64,000 bases of DNA from Escherichia phage ECO07P3. The notes beneath the pieces were generated by a model. It saw only the letters and a list, made by a program, of their open reading frames with translations. It was not told where the DNA came from and did not search any database. Positions 10,359 through 20,366 of the stretch are shown piece by piece (position 1 is the stretch's first letter; every line of letters begins with the position of its first letter). Both the position numbers and the translations under genes were made by a program. The DNA is taken from sequence record OP172786. One strand, written 5' to 3'.

Positions 10359-10899
10359 ATAAAAAATCCAAACTAGGAGAATCGTCTACAACACTTTTCT
10401 TTTCAGCCCCCGGTGTTCTATAGGTTGATTCTTCGTAATGCGTCATTTTATCGTAGATGTCTTGAATAAAAGTTTCATCTACTAACGCAACCATATCGTC
10501 GTCACGACTGTCATAGACATTGTGAACGAAGTAACTATATTTCTTTGCAACTTCCTTACGTTCTTTTTTAATACGTTGGACGAATGCATTAAAACAAGCT
10601 TGAGTTATATATGCATGTGGGTTTTTATATTTCGTTTCATCAAAATTATGAAGTCCCTTAATAGAAGCTTCTATACCATCTGCAATCATTTCTTGTTTCC
10701 AAGATTGGGTGTATCCTGAAAAGTTGAAACGTTTAGATAAGCCTTCTGCAATAAGCATAATGGCTAATCCGATAGTATCATTCTGACGAACTACTTTATT
10801 TGGGTCTTTATTATTTGCTAATTCTGTTTTCCAATCAATAATAGCTTGTAAAAGCTCTTTATTGTTTACGTAATTATATTTAGGCTTAGTTTCTGACAT
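10342..10899 (-). CDS. 55: late-transcription sigma factor gp55
   Basis: Translation [53 protein letters not shown]... matches remembered T4 gp55; ATG at 10899 gives 185 aa. Confidence 0.92.
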
Positions 10900-10977
10900 T
10901 TTCACCTCTTAGCTCAATTCATAGATCTATTATATCATAATATTTGAAGATCTATCTTAAAGCATAGAGGATATCAG

Positions 10978-11247
10978 TTATCTAAGTAAACAGTATGCTT
11001 GGAACACTTTCTCCATCATCTTTTTAAATTCATGAATATCTATGTAATGACTAGTTAAATCAGCATGATATAAAAAGTCTAAAAACTTTTCATGTGTGCT
11101 AACATATTCGCTTTCATTTAATTCAGAAACATGGCTTTCCCAATATCCAACACCAGTCTTATTTGGGAAAAATGAAATTTTCATATATTGGTCAACATAG
11201 AAAATTCCATAATTTTCAATAGTAATAGAAATATTAATAAATTTCAT
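10978..11247 (-). CDS. hypothetical protein
   Basis: 89-aa ORF, ATG at 11247. Confidence 0.5.
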   Translation of the reverse strand: MKFINISITIENYGIFYVDQYMKISFFPNKTGVGYWESHVSELNESEYVSTHEKFLDFLYHADLTSHYIDIHEFKKMMEKVFQAYCLLR

Positions 11248-11459
11248 GCATTCATCAACTTAGCCGCTTCAAGAGCTGCATCTAGTGAATCAAATTGGTC
11301 AACGTATTCAATCAGTTTGCCGTAATTAGCGTATAACCACCATTGGCTAAATTCATACTCAAGGATGAATCCATTTCCTTCAATTTGAGTTAAACCACTG
11401 CCGTTTGTATTTACTTCATATCCGGCAAGACGTAAATCGTTAATAAGAGCTTCATTCAT
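11244..11459 (-). CDS. hypothetical protein
   Basis: 71-aa ORF, ATG at 11459. Confidence 0.5.
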   Translation of the reverse strand: MNEALINDLRLAGYEVNTNGSGLTQIEGNGFILEYEFSQWWLYANYGKLIEYVDQFDSLDAALEAAKLMNA

Positions 11460-11461
11460 AA

Positions 11462-11788
11462 TTATGCCTTAGTAATTTTCAGATCAGCAAATTTTTTCTT
11501 GCGTTGATTTTTCATACGACGAATAGTTTTATCAGAAATTTCATGCTTTTGATAAGCTTTAGATTCTACGCCAAAAGCTTTAACGTCAAATTCAGACAAG
11601 ATATATTGAACCAACAATTCACGGATAGTATTTCGTCCAATTTTTTGATCATTCTGTTTCATCGTCTGATGAAGCTCTTTTTCCCATTTATCCAAAATTT
11701 GAGGAGTAACAATATCGCCTTTTTCTAGCAGAGAAACTACTTTATCATATGCATAAGAATTGATGGCGTTTTTAATTTGAATAGTCAT
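11462..11788 (-). CDS. hypothetical protein
   Basis: 108-aa ORF, ATG at 11788. Confidence 0.5.
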   Translation of the reverse strand: MTIQIKNAINSYAYDKVVSLLEKGDIVTPQILDKWEKELHQTMKQNDQKIGRNTIRELLVQYILSEFDVKAFGVESKAYQKHEISDKTIRRMKNQRKKKFADLKITKA

Positions 11789-11828
11789 ACATTATCCTCA
11801 ATTACGTTAAAATTTTATTATCCAAAAA

Positions 11829-11840
11829 GGGCCGAAGCCC
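11829..11840 (-). terminator. UUCG-tetraloop hairpin (RNA GGGCUUCGGCCC)
   Basis: Plus gggccgaagccc between two small ORFs. Confidence 0.6.
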
Positions 11841-12041
11841 TTAGCTAAACTGTTTGGCGCCCTTCCAGCCTTCGTACATCATTGCAGCTGATATTAATAT
11901 TGCTCCTGCGCATTTTGAATATTTGTGATTCCAAAACCAGTTCAGAAAAACTTCGTCATCAATACCTTGGGCTATCATATTTTCAAAGAACTGACGACGA
12001 GCTTCGGCAATTCGTTGTGATAATTTAGATTCAGGATTCAT
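11841..12041 (-). CDS. hypothetical protein
   Basis: 66-aa ORF. Confidence 0.45.
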   Translation of the reverse strand: MNPESKLSQRIAEARRQFFENMIAQGIDDEVFLNWFWNHKYSKCAGAILISAAMMYEGWKGAKQFS

Positions 12042-12173
12042 TTAAATTTTCCAGTTACCGTTTTCATCAATGAATTTAATCCAGTCATTTACTGACCACT
12101 TGGTCGTATCGCCTTTTGGAGCAATATTTAAAGTGTATAATCCTTGTTTAAAAAGCATGCGTTTAATATTCAT
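12042..12173 (-). CDS. hypothetical small protein (43 aa)
   Basis: Track ORF trimmed to the ATG at 12173, which follows GAGGAAAAT; avoids overlap with the upstream gene. Confidence 0.4.
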   Translation of the reverse strand: MNIKRMLFKQGLYTLNIAPKGDTTKWSVNDWIKFIDENGNWKI

Positions 12174-12180
12174 ATTTTCC

Positions 12181-12474
12181 TCAGCTGTAACGATAGCACT
12201 CGTTTGATTTACGCTTAGCAACTCGTTGAGAAGTATTATAATCAAAATCGTCATCAATGTAAACTGATTTTTTCAACTTTCTTACTTCACTACGTAATTG
12301 ACGATTTAGCTCATCTTTAACTTCTGAATCAATGCCTTTCATTCTACGCCATTTATCAGAGCGAAAAATGTTTTCAACCATATCTTTATGACTTACGCCA
12401 TCAGGAGCTTTACGCTTTCCGAAATAGTCATAATCACGTACTTTTAAATCTTTACGACGATACGTTTTACCCAT
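12181..12474 (-). CDS. hypothetical basic protein
   Basis: Track ORF trimmed to ATG at 12474 (MGKTYRRKDLKV...); Lys/Arg-rich. Confidence 0.5.
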   Translation of the reverse strand: MGKTYRRKDLKVRDYDYFGKRKAPDGVSHKDMVENIFRSDKWRRMKGIDSEVKDELNRQLRSEVRKLKKSVYIDDDFDYNTSQRVAKRKSNECYRYS

Positions 12475-12643
12475 GGAGTTTAATTTCCTTAGCAACTGAA
12501 CTAAATACAGCACGATCGCAAATCATCTGTTTATTCCATTTAAGTACAGTATAATGAACATCTAGATCATCTACTGCTGTAACAATAACAATATGTCCGT
12601 TAACACGATAATACTGATCCTTTTTAATCTCTTTATCAACCAT
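12467..12643 (-). CDS. small ORF (58 aa), putative
   Basis: Unlisted ORF MVDKEIKKDQYYRVNGHIVIVTAVDD... with GAGGA RBS, just downstream of an early promoter. Confidence 0.3.
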   Translation of the reverse strand: MVDKEIKKDQYYRVNGHIVIVTAVDDLDVHYTVLKWNKQMICDRAVFSSVAKEIKLHG

Positions 12644-12673
12644 ATCAAATCCTCAAAGGCAATTCATATGTTA

Positions 12674-12703
12674 ATAATACCACAGTTTGAACTTCTTGTA
12701 AAC
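12674..12703 (-). promoter_or_regulatory. T4-type early promoter (-35 GTTTAC, 18-bp spacer, -10 TATTAT)
   Basis: Minus strand GTTTAC-N18-TATTAT with an A/T-rich upstream element. Confidence 0.55.
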
Positions 12704-12770
12704 AACTTTGTGAAAATTATTTTAGGGAACGATAGCTTAGAATGGTAATATACAGAATGCGATAAAGAAA

Positions 12771-12783
12771 GGCCCAGAGGGCC
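12771..12783 (-). terminator. GC hairpin downstream of nrdH
   Basis: Plus ggcccagagggcc, followed by a U-rich tract on the minus transcript. Confidence 0.45.
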
Positions 12784-12787
12784 CGTC

Positions 12788-13096
12788 TTAGTCTTCTATG
12801 ATATCTCTATCATATCCAAGTGAAATGAGAGTTTCTTTGAAGTGTTTAATGTTCTTTTGTCTAGAATCATTGATGAAAATGACTGGATAACGAATGTTAA
12901 GAGATGTGAATCCAGCTCGTTTAGCAAGAGATACAATCAGTGGACGATCATACTCAATCTTACCATTATTTGTAAGAACTTTATAGAAAGTAAAAGGAGC
13001 ATTGAGCTCCTTTAGAAGTTTTGTAACTGATTGACATCCAGGACAACGACCTACTTCATCTGGAATTCCATAGACTTCAATCTTGTTTTGTTTCAC
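12788..13096 (-). CDS. nrdH: glutaredoxin-like protein NrdH
   Basis: 102-aa ORF with CPGC redox motif (GRCPGCQS); apparent GTG start after AAGGAA; located next to nrdG/nrdD. Confidence 0.78.
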   Translation of the reverse strand: MKQNKIEVYGIPDEVGRCPGCQSVTKLLKELNAPFTFYKVLTNNGKIEYDRPLIVSLAKRAGFTSLNIRYPVIFINDSRQKNIKHFKETLISLGYDRDIIED

Positions 13097-13098
13097 AA

Positions 13099-13311
13099 CT
13101 ATTCCTTACTAAGAGCAGCATTCAGCTTGTTAGTAATTTTATCCAGACGCTCATTGAACTCGCTAGAAGATAGTCCTTTTTCTGGAGAAATCAAACTAAT
13201 CACGAAAAATATAGCAATAAAAGGAATAAGAAAAATAGCTCCAACTGCCATAAACAAAAAGAATGTTACGGTTGTAAGAAAATCAGCTAAACCTTTACGA
13301 AATTTATACAT
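13099..13311 (-). CDS. small membrane protein
   Basis: Track start is TTG; ATG at 13311 follows AAGGGTAAAT; one long hydrophobic segment (FLTTVTFFLFMAVGAIFLIPFIAIFFVISLI). Confidence 0.5.
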   Translation of the reverse strand: MYKFRKGLADFLTTVTFFLFMAVGAIFLIPFIAIFFVISLISPEKGLSSSEFNERLDKITNKLNAALSKE

Positions 13312-13425
13312 ATTTACCCTTAATTGATTAACCAAGCATTGATAAGTACTAAACTATACTGCGAATAAAATTCTGGACCAAAATGAAAAATCATATCATT
13401 TATAGTATCAATAATATAATTCAAT

Positions 13426-13896
13426 TTAATCATGTTTCCACACCCCATCGGTATTTGACCAAAGTCGCTGATTATCTGATCCTCGCCACAACTTTTTGGT
13501 CGGAAGATTTTTCTCATACTTCCCATCAATAATAACATCAACATATTTAAGCATTTCTAGTTGTTTAATATCCTCAAACTTGTACCCTGTCCACAACCAA
13601 ATGCTTTTATTCGGATAAAGATTTTTTACTGTTTGAACAATGCAATGAACAACATCTCGGTTATCAGGATAAAGAGGGTCACCTCCAGTTATAGTTAATC
13701 CTTCTATATAATCATTATTCAAACATTCAATTAATTGTTCTAGTGTTTCACCAGTGAATGGAACGCCATTTCTAGCATTCCATGTTGATTTATTATAACA
13801 TCCTTCACATTTATGCAAACATCCCGTAACGAAAAGAACGACCCTGCATCCAGGGCCATTCACAAAATCACAGGGATAAAATCTATCGTAATTCAT
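13426..13896 (-). CDS. nrdG: anaerobic ribonucleotide reductase activating protein NrdG (radical SAM)
   Basis: 156-aa ORF with cysteine cluster CLHKCEGCYN; overlaps the nrdD stop. Confidence 0.9.
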   Translation of the reverse strand: MNYDRFYPCDFVNGPGCRVVLFVTGCLHKCEGCYNKSTWNARNGVPFTGETLEQLIECLNNDYIEGLTITGGDPLYPDNRDVVHCIVQTVKNLYPNKSIWLWTGYKFEDIKQLEMLKYVDVIIDGKYEKNLPTKKLWRGSDNQRLWSNTDGVWKHD

Positions 13897-15710
13897 TGGT
13901 GTTTAACCCTATGCATGATTTCTTTATTTTTGCCGAGATTAAATCCGCGTTCGTTCGGATTTCCCAAATAACCACAAGTTCTTCTTATTGTGTTCATCTT
14001 TTTAGGATCAGTTTCTCCACAAATAGAACAAACAAATCCGTTTTCAGTAGGAGTCATTTCATGGGTACTTCCACACGTAAAACATTTATCTACTGGCATG
14101 TTAACACCAAAATAATCTAAATGTTGTGCAGCATAATCCCATACAGCCTCAAGACCTTTTAGGTTATTTTTCATATCAGGAAGTTCAACATAAGAAATGT
14201 GACCACCTGTCGCAATGAAATGATATGGGGCTTCTCGAGAAATCTTTTCAAACGGAGTGATATTTTCTTCTACTGAAACGTGGAAACTATTAGTGTACCA
14301 TCCTTTATCAGTAACATCCTTTACACTTCCATATTTCTCGGTATCAAGTTTACAGAAGCGATAGCACAGGTTTTCAGCAGGAGTAGAATACAAGCTAAAA
14401 GCAAAACCGGTTCTTTCAGTCCACTGCTTAAGATGTGCATTCATTTTAGTTAAAATTTCCTGTCCAATATCACGACCGACAAGAATATTCAATTCGTGAA
14501 TACCGATGTATCCTAGGGACACTGAACTTCTACCATTTTTAAATAACTCAATTATGTCATCATCAGGTTTAAGACGAACCCCAAATGCACCTTCTTGGTA
14601 AAGAATAGGAGCAACAGTCGCTTTAACTCCTTTTAAGGAACTAATTCTACACATCAAAGCTTCAAAACACAAATCCATTCGTTCATTGAACAATTCGGCA
14701 AATTTCTGTTCATTGAACTGTGTTCCAATATAAGAATCTAACGCAATACGAGGAAGATTCAGTGTTACAACACCAAGATTATTACGTCCATCAAGAATTT
14801 CATTACCAGTCGAATCTTTCCATACGCCCAAGAAACTACGACAACCCATTGGAGAAACAGGAATAGATGAACCGGTGATAGCTTTATTGTTCTTAGCCGA
14901 AATGATGTCAGGATACATTCTTTTGCTTGCACACTCTAGAGCAAGCTGCTTAATATCATAGTTCGGATCGTCTTTATAAAGATTAACACCTTCTTCAACG
15001 AACATAACAAGTTTAGGGAAAATAGGAGTTATCCCGTCACGACCAAGACCTTTAATACGATTTTTCAGAATTGCTTTCTGAATCATTCGTTCAGTCCAGT
15101 CAGTTCCCGTACCAAATGTAATTGTTACAAAAGGCGTTTGTCCGTTTGAACTAAAGAGAGTATTTACTTCATATTCATAAGCTTGGAATGCATCGTATAC
15201 GTCTTTTTCTGTTTTAGATTGGGCATAATTCAACGCATCAGTGATTTGCCATTTTTCCGCGTCCTCAATATGTTTTGCGTAGGTGCGTTTAACATAAGGA
15301 GAAAGTACTTTATCTACATTCGCAAAAGTCGTTCCGCCATATTGATGAGAAGCAACCTGCGCAGTAATTTGTGCCATAATTGCAGTAGCAACACCGATTG
15401 ATTTAGGAGTTTCAATCTGTGCATTACCGAGCTTAAATCCATTCTCAAGCATTCCTTTTAAATCTACTAAACAGCAATTAGTAAATGGAAGAGCAGGAGA
15501 ATAATCAATATCATGGAAATGGATAATTCCGCTTTCATGTGCTTTCATAATAAAAGACGGGACCATATTTTTGGCAATGTGTTTAGACACAATACCAGCC
15601 ATAAGGTCCCGTTGAGTTGGAAAAACACGAGAATCTTTATTAGCATTCTCGTTTAAAAGGTCTTTATTAGTTTTATGAATTAATCCTTCAATTTCTTTTT
15701 CAATTGTCAT
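13893..15710 (-). CDS. nrdD: anaerobic ribonucleoside-triphosphate reductase NrdD (uninterrupted)
   Basis: 605-aa ORF ending with the glycyl-radical motif RTCGYLG and a C-terminal Cys cluster; the reading frame is continuous. Confidence 0.93.
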   Translation of the reverse strand: MTIEKEIEGLIHKTNKDLLNENANKDSRVFPTQRDLMAGIVSKHIAKNMVPSFIMKAHESGIIHFHDIDYSPALPFTNCCLVDLKGMLENGFKLGNAQIETPKSIGVATAIMAQITAQVASHQYGGTTFANVDKVLSPYVKRTYAKHIEDAEKWQITDALNYAQSKTEKDVYDAFQAYEYEVNTLFSSNGQTPFVTITFGTGTDWTERMIQKAILKNRIKGLGRDGITPIFPKLVMFVEEGVNLYKDDPNYDIKQLALECASKRMYPDIISAKNNKAITGSSIPVSPMGCRSFLGVWKDSTGNEILDGRNNLGVVTLNLPRIALDSYIGTQFNEQKFAELFNERMDLCFEALMCRISSLKGVKATVAPILYQEGAFGVRLKPDDDIIELFKNGRSSVSLGYIGIHELNILVGRDIGQEILTKMNAHLKQWTERTGFAFSLYSTPAENLCYRFCKLDTEKYGSVKDVTDKGWYTNSFHVSVEENITPFEKISREAPYHFIATGGHISYVELPDMKNNLKGLEAVWDYAAQHLDYFGVNMPVDKCFTCGSTHEMTPTENGFVCSICGETDPKKMNTIRRTCGYLGNPNERGFNLGKNKEIMHRVKHQ

Positions 15711-16180
15711 TTTAAACTCTTTCTAAGCTGCTTCTTAAATGAAGCTATTAATTGTGTTTTAGTGTCAGATTCATTATATTCAAATCCTCTTTGAAGCATC
15801 TCAGCCATCATTTCCTCTTTTCCTAAACGAGAAAATTCCTTTGATTTATCTCCAACGAAGTTAGGGTGAATATTATTTTGGGTGTAATCGGATTTTAAAT
15901 AAGTAAGTAAATTTTCTAGCCATTCAAGATAATCAACACCTTGTCCCTTTAAGCCAGAACGATTGAATTTATGCTTCATTTGACCTTCTGCAGCATTACA
16001 GAGATTACATAGCAACCCACGTACCTTTCCTGCTTTTGGTCCATTTAATTCATGGTCATGGTCAAGGTGATTAGCTTGAACATCAGGATTTAGTTCTCGT
16101 TGGCAAATTAAGCATTTACCGTTTTGTGCATTATAAAATTTTTGTTTTTCTTCTTTGTACAATTTGCCAGTCAATAACAT
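15707..16180 (-). CDS. 49: endonuclease VII (Holliday junction resolvase) gp49
   Basis: 157-aa ORF MLLTGKLYKEEKQKFYNAQNGKCLICQRELNPDVQANHLDHDHELNGPKAGKVRGLLCNLCNAAEG... matches remembered T4 endonuclease VII. Confidence 0.93.
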   Translation of the reverse strand: MLLTGKLYKEEKQKFYNAQNGKCLICQRELNPDVQANHLDHDHELNGPKAGKVRGLLCNLCNAAEGQMKHKFNRSGLKGQGVDYLEWLENLLTYLKSDYTQNNIHPNFVGDKSKEFSRLGKEEMMAEMLQRGFEYNESDTKTQLIASFKKQLRKSLK

Positions 16181-16221
16181 AATAAACCCTTACCTTGAAT
16201 AGATAAGGGTATTTATTATTT

Positions 16222-16707
16222 TCATGTATTGTAAAACATTTGATTCAATCGCTTATATTGCCGAATCTTTTGGTCAGAAAAAGAAATTTGAGTTTCAAGC
16301 CATTCAATATATTCTGCTGCAGCTTGCATCAAATTTCCTTCATAGCCATCGTTATTTTCTTGTGCAGCTAATTTAGCTAATGCATATGAAATACGTTCAC
16401 CCTGAAAAGCGGCTTTAGGTTTATGAATAGCTTGATCAACTCGTTCTACAACTTCTTCAATTTCGCCATTTTCTACTGATTCAGTATTCCACAAGCACCA
16501 ATACGTAATTGGCTTATCATAGATGTTAATAACCTTTCCGTCAGAAAGTTCAATTTCAATAATTCCAGTATCAGGTTCTATATCATCTTCACATTCTTTT
16601 GCAAGTTCACGAACTTTAAAGACAGTACCTGCACTAAGTTCCGGCCAGTAATTACACAGCCCTTTATCAGCACGATTAATTCTAAACCACTTATCTACTG
16701 TAATCAT
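16222..16707 (-). CDS. pin: Pin (inhibitor of host Lon protease)-like protein
   Basis: Track start is TTG; ATG at 16707 gives 161 aa at the T4 pin position after gene 49. Call is positional. Confidence 0.55.
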   Translation of the reverse strand: MITVDKWFRINRADKGLCNYWPELSAGTVFKVRELAKECEDDIEPDTGIIEIELSDGKVINIYDKPITYWCLWNTESVENGEIEEVVERVDQAIHKPKAAFQGERISYALAKLAAQENNDGYEGNLMQAAAEYIEWLETQISFSDQKIRQYKRLNQMFYNT

Positions 16708-16830
16708 GTCCCATCTCCATATCAATTATGTCATTTATTGTAGGTTCATTATATACTGTTTCTTCATCAGTGTAAACCGGTTCTTCCGGCTCTGGCTCTA
16801 CTGTTTCCCATCTAGCCGCCCACCAAGGTT

Positions 16831-17151
16831 TTATAGCGTAATCCATTCTCGTATTGTCTGAGTTACTACACGTTCACGGGGCTCGACTAGTTCAACAGTC
16901 GGAACTGCATAATACCAGTCAGAATGGTAAGAACCTGAGCGAGATTCATTTACAGACACATGTACGTTATGTTTTGGACTAAAATAAACGCACTGCCGAT
17001 ATTGGCATTTGCCATCTTGTACCCAATCTTCTATTTCGACAGGTTTAAGATAATCCGAAAAATCGAAATCATAATTTTCTGAAAATGCATCATGGTCTTC
17101 GATGATTTCACTCAGAACTGCATCAACATCTAATTTATTTTCAATAGTCAT
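16831..17151 (-). CDS. hypothetical protein
   Basis: 106-aa acidic ORF. Confidence 0.5.
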   Translation of the reverse strand: MTIENKLDVDAVLSEIIEDHDAFSENYDFDFSDYLKPVEIEDWVQDGKCQYRQCVYFSPKHNVHVSVNESRSGSYHSDWYYAVPTVELVEPRERVVTQTIREWITL

Positions 17152-17161
17152 TTGTCACCAC

Positions 17162-17371
17162 TTAATTTCGCAATTTATTAAGTTCTTCATAATCAATCCA
17201 GGATTCTAATCCTGATGGCAAATCAGATTCAATTTCCCAAAGAAGCTCTTCAATTTTCTGAAGACGATCTAATTCTTCGGCTGGAATAGTAACCATTGAC
17301 GGAGTTCTTGATACACTAATATCGTAAATCATATTTACCCCAGTTTGACCATGCAATCGCCATATTTCCAT
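17162..17371 (-). CDS. hypothetical protein
   Basis: 69-aa ORF. Confidence 0.45.
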   Translation of the reverse strand: MEIWRLHGQTGVNMIYDISVSRTPSMVTIPAEELDRLQKIEELLWEIESDLPSGLESWIDYEELNKLRN

Positions 17372-17550
17372 TTAGAAATAGACTTTTCACCGTTAGAATA
17401 ATAAACTTCGAGTTTAGCGCGGCCATTTTTAATTTGAATAACCTTTGCTGTCATCAAAGTTCCATACCCATAATAAACTGCAACCTCATCACCCACATAT
17501 ACCGCGCTTCCGCGGTAGTCATGGATATAATCAGTTCCTTCGAGCATCAT
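17335..17550 (-). CDS. hypothetical protein
   Basis: 71-aa ORF. Confidence 0.45.
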   Translation of the reverse strand: MMLEGTDYIHDYRGSAVYVGDEVAVYYGYGTLMTAKVIQIKNGRAKLEVYYSNGEKSISKWKYGDCMVKLG

Positions 17551-17810
17551 TTAAAGTATTCCCGCAATTGGTCAAATCCACCAATATGACTTCCATCAGG
17601 AGCAAATACTTGCGGCATCGTCAGTCCAATTTGAGTATCACGACCCAGTTTAGTTAGAAGCTCAGCGATTTTCTCATCATCAAAAACACCTTTTTCCGGC
17701 ATAATGCTGATAAATTCAAACGGCTGTTTCTTCACAGTCAAGAGACGTTTTGCATTATCGCAATACACACATTTGTGGATGTTGCTATCATAACCATATA
17801 CTTTAAACAT
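17547..17810 (-). CDS. nrdC: thioredoxin/glutaredoxin NrdC
   Basis: 87-aa ORF MFKVYGYDSNIHKCVYCDNAKRLL... with CVYC active site. Confidence 0.9.
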   Translation of the reverse strand: MFKVYGYDSNIHKCVYCDNAKRLLTVKKQPFEFISIMPEKGVFDDEKIAELLTKLGRDTQIGLTMPQVFAPDGSHIGGFDQLREYFK

Positions 17811-17811
17811 A

Positions 17812-18054
17812 TTATTCCTTAATTCCTAGTACTTGTTTAAAAGTCTCGTCGTAATCAAGACTTTGACCTGTTTGTTCTTTATGTTTGTATATAATATCAC
17901 TTACTTCTGATAGCATATTTTTATATGAACGAGTTAAAGCAGATTTAAGCACGCTATATCTATCAGGAAATTTACCATGTTCATTATAATACGCTATTGC
18001 TAATTCACGGACTGCCTTTTCAGCAGTCTCCATATATTCTTTACGCTTTGTCAT
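17812..18054 (-). CDS. hypothetical protein
   Basis: 80-aa ORF. Confidence 0.5.
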
Positions 18055-18358
18055 TTTCTTCTCGGTTAAATCGGTGTTTGCAATGACGGCATTTATAACG
18101 AAGATTACTAGTCTGCCAATGGACTAATTGAACCTGTTCAGTACCGCATTTTGGACAGTTCGGAACATTCTTAGAAGCCCTTTCGCGACGTTCAACCATA
18201 GCCATAATAGCATCCCAAGCAGGAGGTTTAAAGTCTAGATCGTCACAACCATGAATCTTTCCGCGCATTTCTAGATCGTCTTCTTCACCAGCCATAATAA
18301 TTTTAATTAGACTGGAATTACTTGAAGCTGCAATATCTTCTAATAAACGCTTTTTCAT
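18041..18358 (-). CDS. zinc-ribbon protein
   Basis: 105-aa ORF with CPKCG...CRHCKH four-cysteine motif. Confidence 0.5.
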
Positions 18359-19284
18359 TTCAGTACCTCAATAGCATCACGTAAACCATTTGCTTTTGCA
18401 TTAAGAGCTTTTAACAATTTGGTATGTTCGGCAATCTGGGCTTCAACTTCAATCAAACGAGCACTGAGATATTCGCGTTCTTCGCTCAGGTTATCAACCT
18501 TTTCTACTTTAGGTTCTTTTACAACTGGCTTATATGTATTAGGATTCTTCAGTTTAATTAGAATGCGTGAACTGTATAGCATTGAACCATTATCTTCGGT
18601 TTCGTCATACATTTCCACTACGTCCATCATCTCCACCATCGTGCAGAGTTTATAAGACAACGAACGAATAGTTTTGTTGTGCTTATTAATTTCTCTAGCT
18701 GTCATGGTGCCGAGATTACGTGAGTAATAATAAGGAACCTGGATATTAATTAATACTGATGAACCACCTGGCTTGTGTGTTACTTCATCAGCAATAACCC
18801 AGTCCTTAACATGAACTGTATTTGTACGGTCATCGCCTGCGGTAAATAGTCTGCGAGCATGCTTAAAAAGCATATTCACTTGGTCGTTGAATTGACAAGC
18901 AAATTTATCAGCAAATTTAGTTTCAGGAATGGTAGATAACCAATCAGCCAAATGGGTCTTTTTAACATCGTTAACAATAGTAAATTCAACCAAATCAGTT
19001 ATAGATGTCTCAGATTTAATAAAGCTCGGCTTCATAAAGTTTTTAATGTTATCACGAGCTATCACAGAAGATAGTAATCGGGAACGTTTGAACCACTCTA
19101 GCAAAGAACCAAGAGAATGTGAATACGCATTTTGTGTATCTTTACAAATATGGTTTTCCCATCCAATATAGTCTAAAAAATCACGAAGAATATTATTGAT
19201 TACTGCTCTATGTCCTATCTGATAATTACGATGTTTAGTAATAAGACTGTCAAAATAATCAATATAATGTTTACGAGTTTTCAT
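18355..19284 (-). CDS. paralogous coiled-coil protein, family member 1
   Basis: 309 aa; N-terminus MKTRKHYIDYFDSLI, internal SRLLSSVIARDNIKNF, C-terminal heptad-rich region; shares these blocks with the next three ORFs. Confidence 0.6.
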   Translation of the reverse strand: MKTRKHYIDYFDSLITKHRNYQIGHRAVINNILRDFLDYIGWENHICKDTQNAYSHSLGSLLEWFKRSRLLSSVIARDNIKNFMKPSFIKSETSITDLVEFTIVNDVKKTHLADWLSTIPETKFADKFACQFNDQVNMLFKHARRLFTAGDDRTNTVHVKDWVIADEVTHKPGGSSVLINIQVPYYYSRNLGTMTAREINKHNKTIRSLSYKLCTMVEMMDVVEMYDETEDNGSMLYSSRILIKLKNPNTYKPVVKEPKVEKVDNLSEEREYLSARLIEVEAQIAEHTKLLKALNAKANGLRDAIEVLK

Positions 19285-19317
19285 GTTCTTCTCACTTGGT
19301 TAATGATTTATACTCCG

Positions 19318-19331
19318 AGCCATCCTTGGCT
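19318..19331 (-). promoter_or_regulatory. intergenic hairpin AGCCA-TCCT-TGGCT (recurrent NCCA-TCCT-TGGN family)
   Basis: Perfect 5-bp inverted repeat around TCCT (AGGA on the transcript) between two paralog genes. Confidence 0.4.
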
Positions 19332-19336
19332 TTAAA

Positions 19337-20338
19337 TTACTTAATTAACTGTAAAGCTTGTTCAAGACGATCCAGACGATTAACAGATTCTTCCCAAATC
19401 CTTTTAGCCTGCTCATATTCTTTCTGCGCTTTATTAGAAATTTCTAGAACTTCTTTATAAGCCTTTTCTAGTGCAATAACTTCTGGACGAATTTCTACAG
19501 GTTCAGGCGAATCATCAAGATTATCCATTAGTTCCTCAAGTGTAATTTCTTCTTTAGGAGTATTCACAATTTCATCACATTTTTGTTGGTAAATTTCTTT
19601 ATTAGTCGGTGAGTACGCACATTTCACTTCACGAAGACTAACTACAATTTTATATCCTTCCCAACCGCATATATTCTTAAAAGGATACGTATGAATATTT
19701 TCTACTGTTTCCATACAAAGTAATGCGGTTTCTAATTGACGAGTTATAGTGCTAGCAATTGAGAAAAATTTATTAATGTTCTTTTGGTTAGTTTCTGGTG
19801 TAAAAAATCCATAATTCACAAAAATAGATACTTTATTTTTATCAAGTTCATATTCTTTTATGATAATCATATCAGAAGCCAAAGGATGAATTTGACGATA
19901 ATCGCCATAACATAATTTAGAAGCTGATTTTAGAATCTGTCCTTTGAAAAGCCTGAAATTACTAATCCAACGACGAGTAAAAATATTCTCAGGGTCTTCT
20001 TTATTATTAAGATGATAAGAATTAACATCACCGAACCAATTATATCCTACTACATCTTTGGTTCGTTTAATTTCTTTCCCAAAATTACCAAGAATATCCC
20101 GATTAACCAAATATGAAAGAAGACGAGACTCTTTAAAGGTTTTCTTGATAACATCTTTATCTACACGACTAGAAATTTTACGAATTTCATGAATAAATTT
20201 AGTAGAAGAAACAATACCTGCATCAACACTATTGAGCCATTGATTGATAATAGAAATAACGCTATTTTGGCCAAACATCGGTATAGCTTTATCATCAATA
20301 ACGCTGTTGAATGATTTGATATATTCGTTACGAGTCAT
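19337..20338 (-). CDS. paralogous coiled-coil protein, family member 2
   Basis: Track start is TTG; ATG at 20338 follows GAGGAGATTAAT; MTRNEYIKSFNSVI..., ESRLLSYLVNRDILGNF, GQILKSASKL; 333 aa. Confidence 0.6.
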   Translation of the reverse strand: MTRNEYIKSFNSVIDDKAIPMFGQNSVISIINQWLNSVDAGIVSSTKFIHEIRKISSRVDKDVIKKTFKESRLLSYLVNRDILGNFGKEIKRTKDVVGYNWFGDVNSYHLNNKEDPENIFTRRWISNFRLFKGQILKSASKLCYGDYRQIHPLASDMIIIKEYELDKNKVSIFVNYGFFTPETNQKNINKFFSIASTITRQLETALLCMETVENIHTYPFKNICGWEGYKIVVSLREVKCAYSPTNKEIYQQKCDEIVNTPKEEITLEELMDNLDDSPEPVEIRPEVIALEKAYKEVLEISNKAQKEYEQAKRIWEESVNRLDRLEQALQLIK

Positions 20339-20366
20339 ATTAATCTCCTCAGTAGAAAGTAAGAAC

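Noticed and set aside
13320-13544. 74-aa minus-strand track ORF overlapping the nrdG 3' end
   Set aside because: Out-of-frame overlap with nrdG, no RBS; likely spurious.
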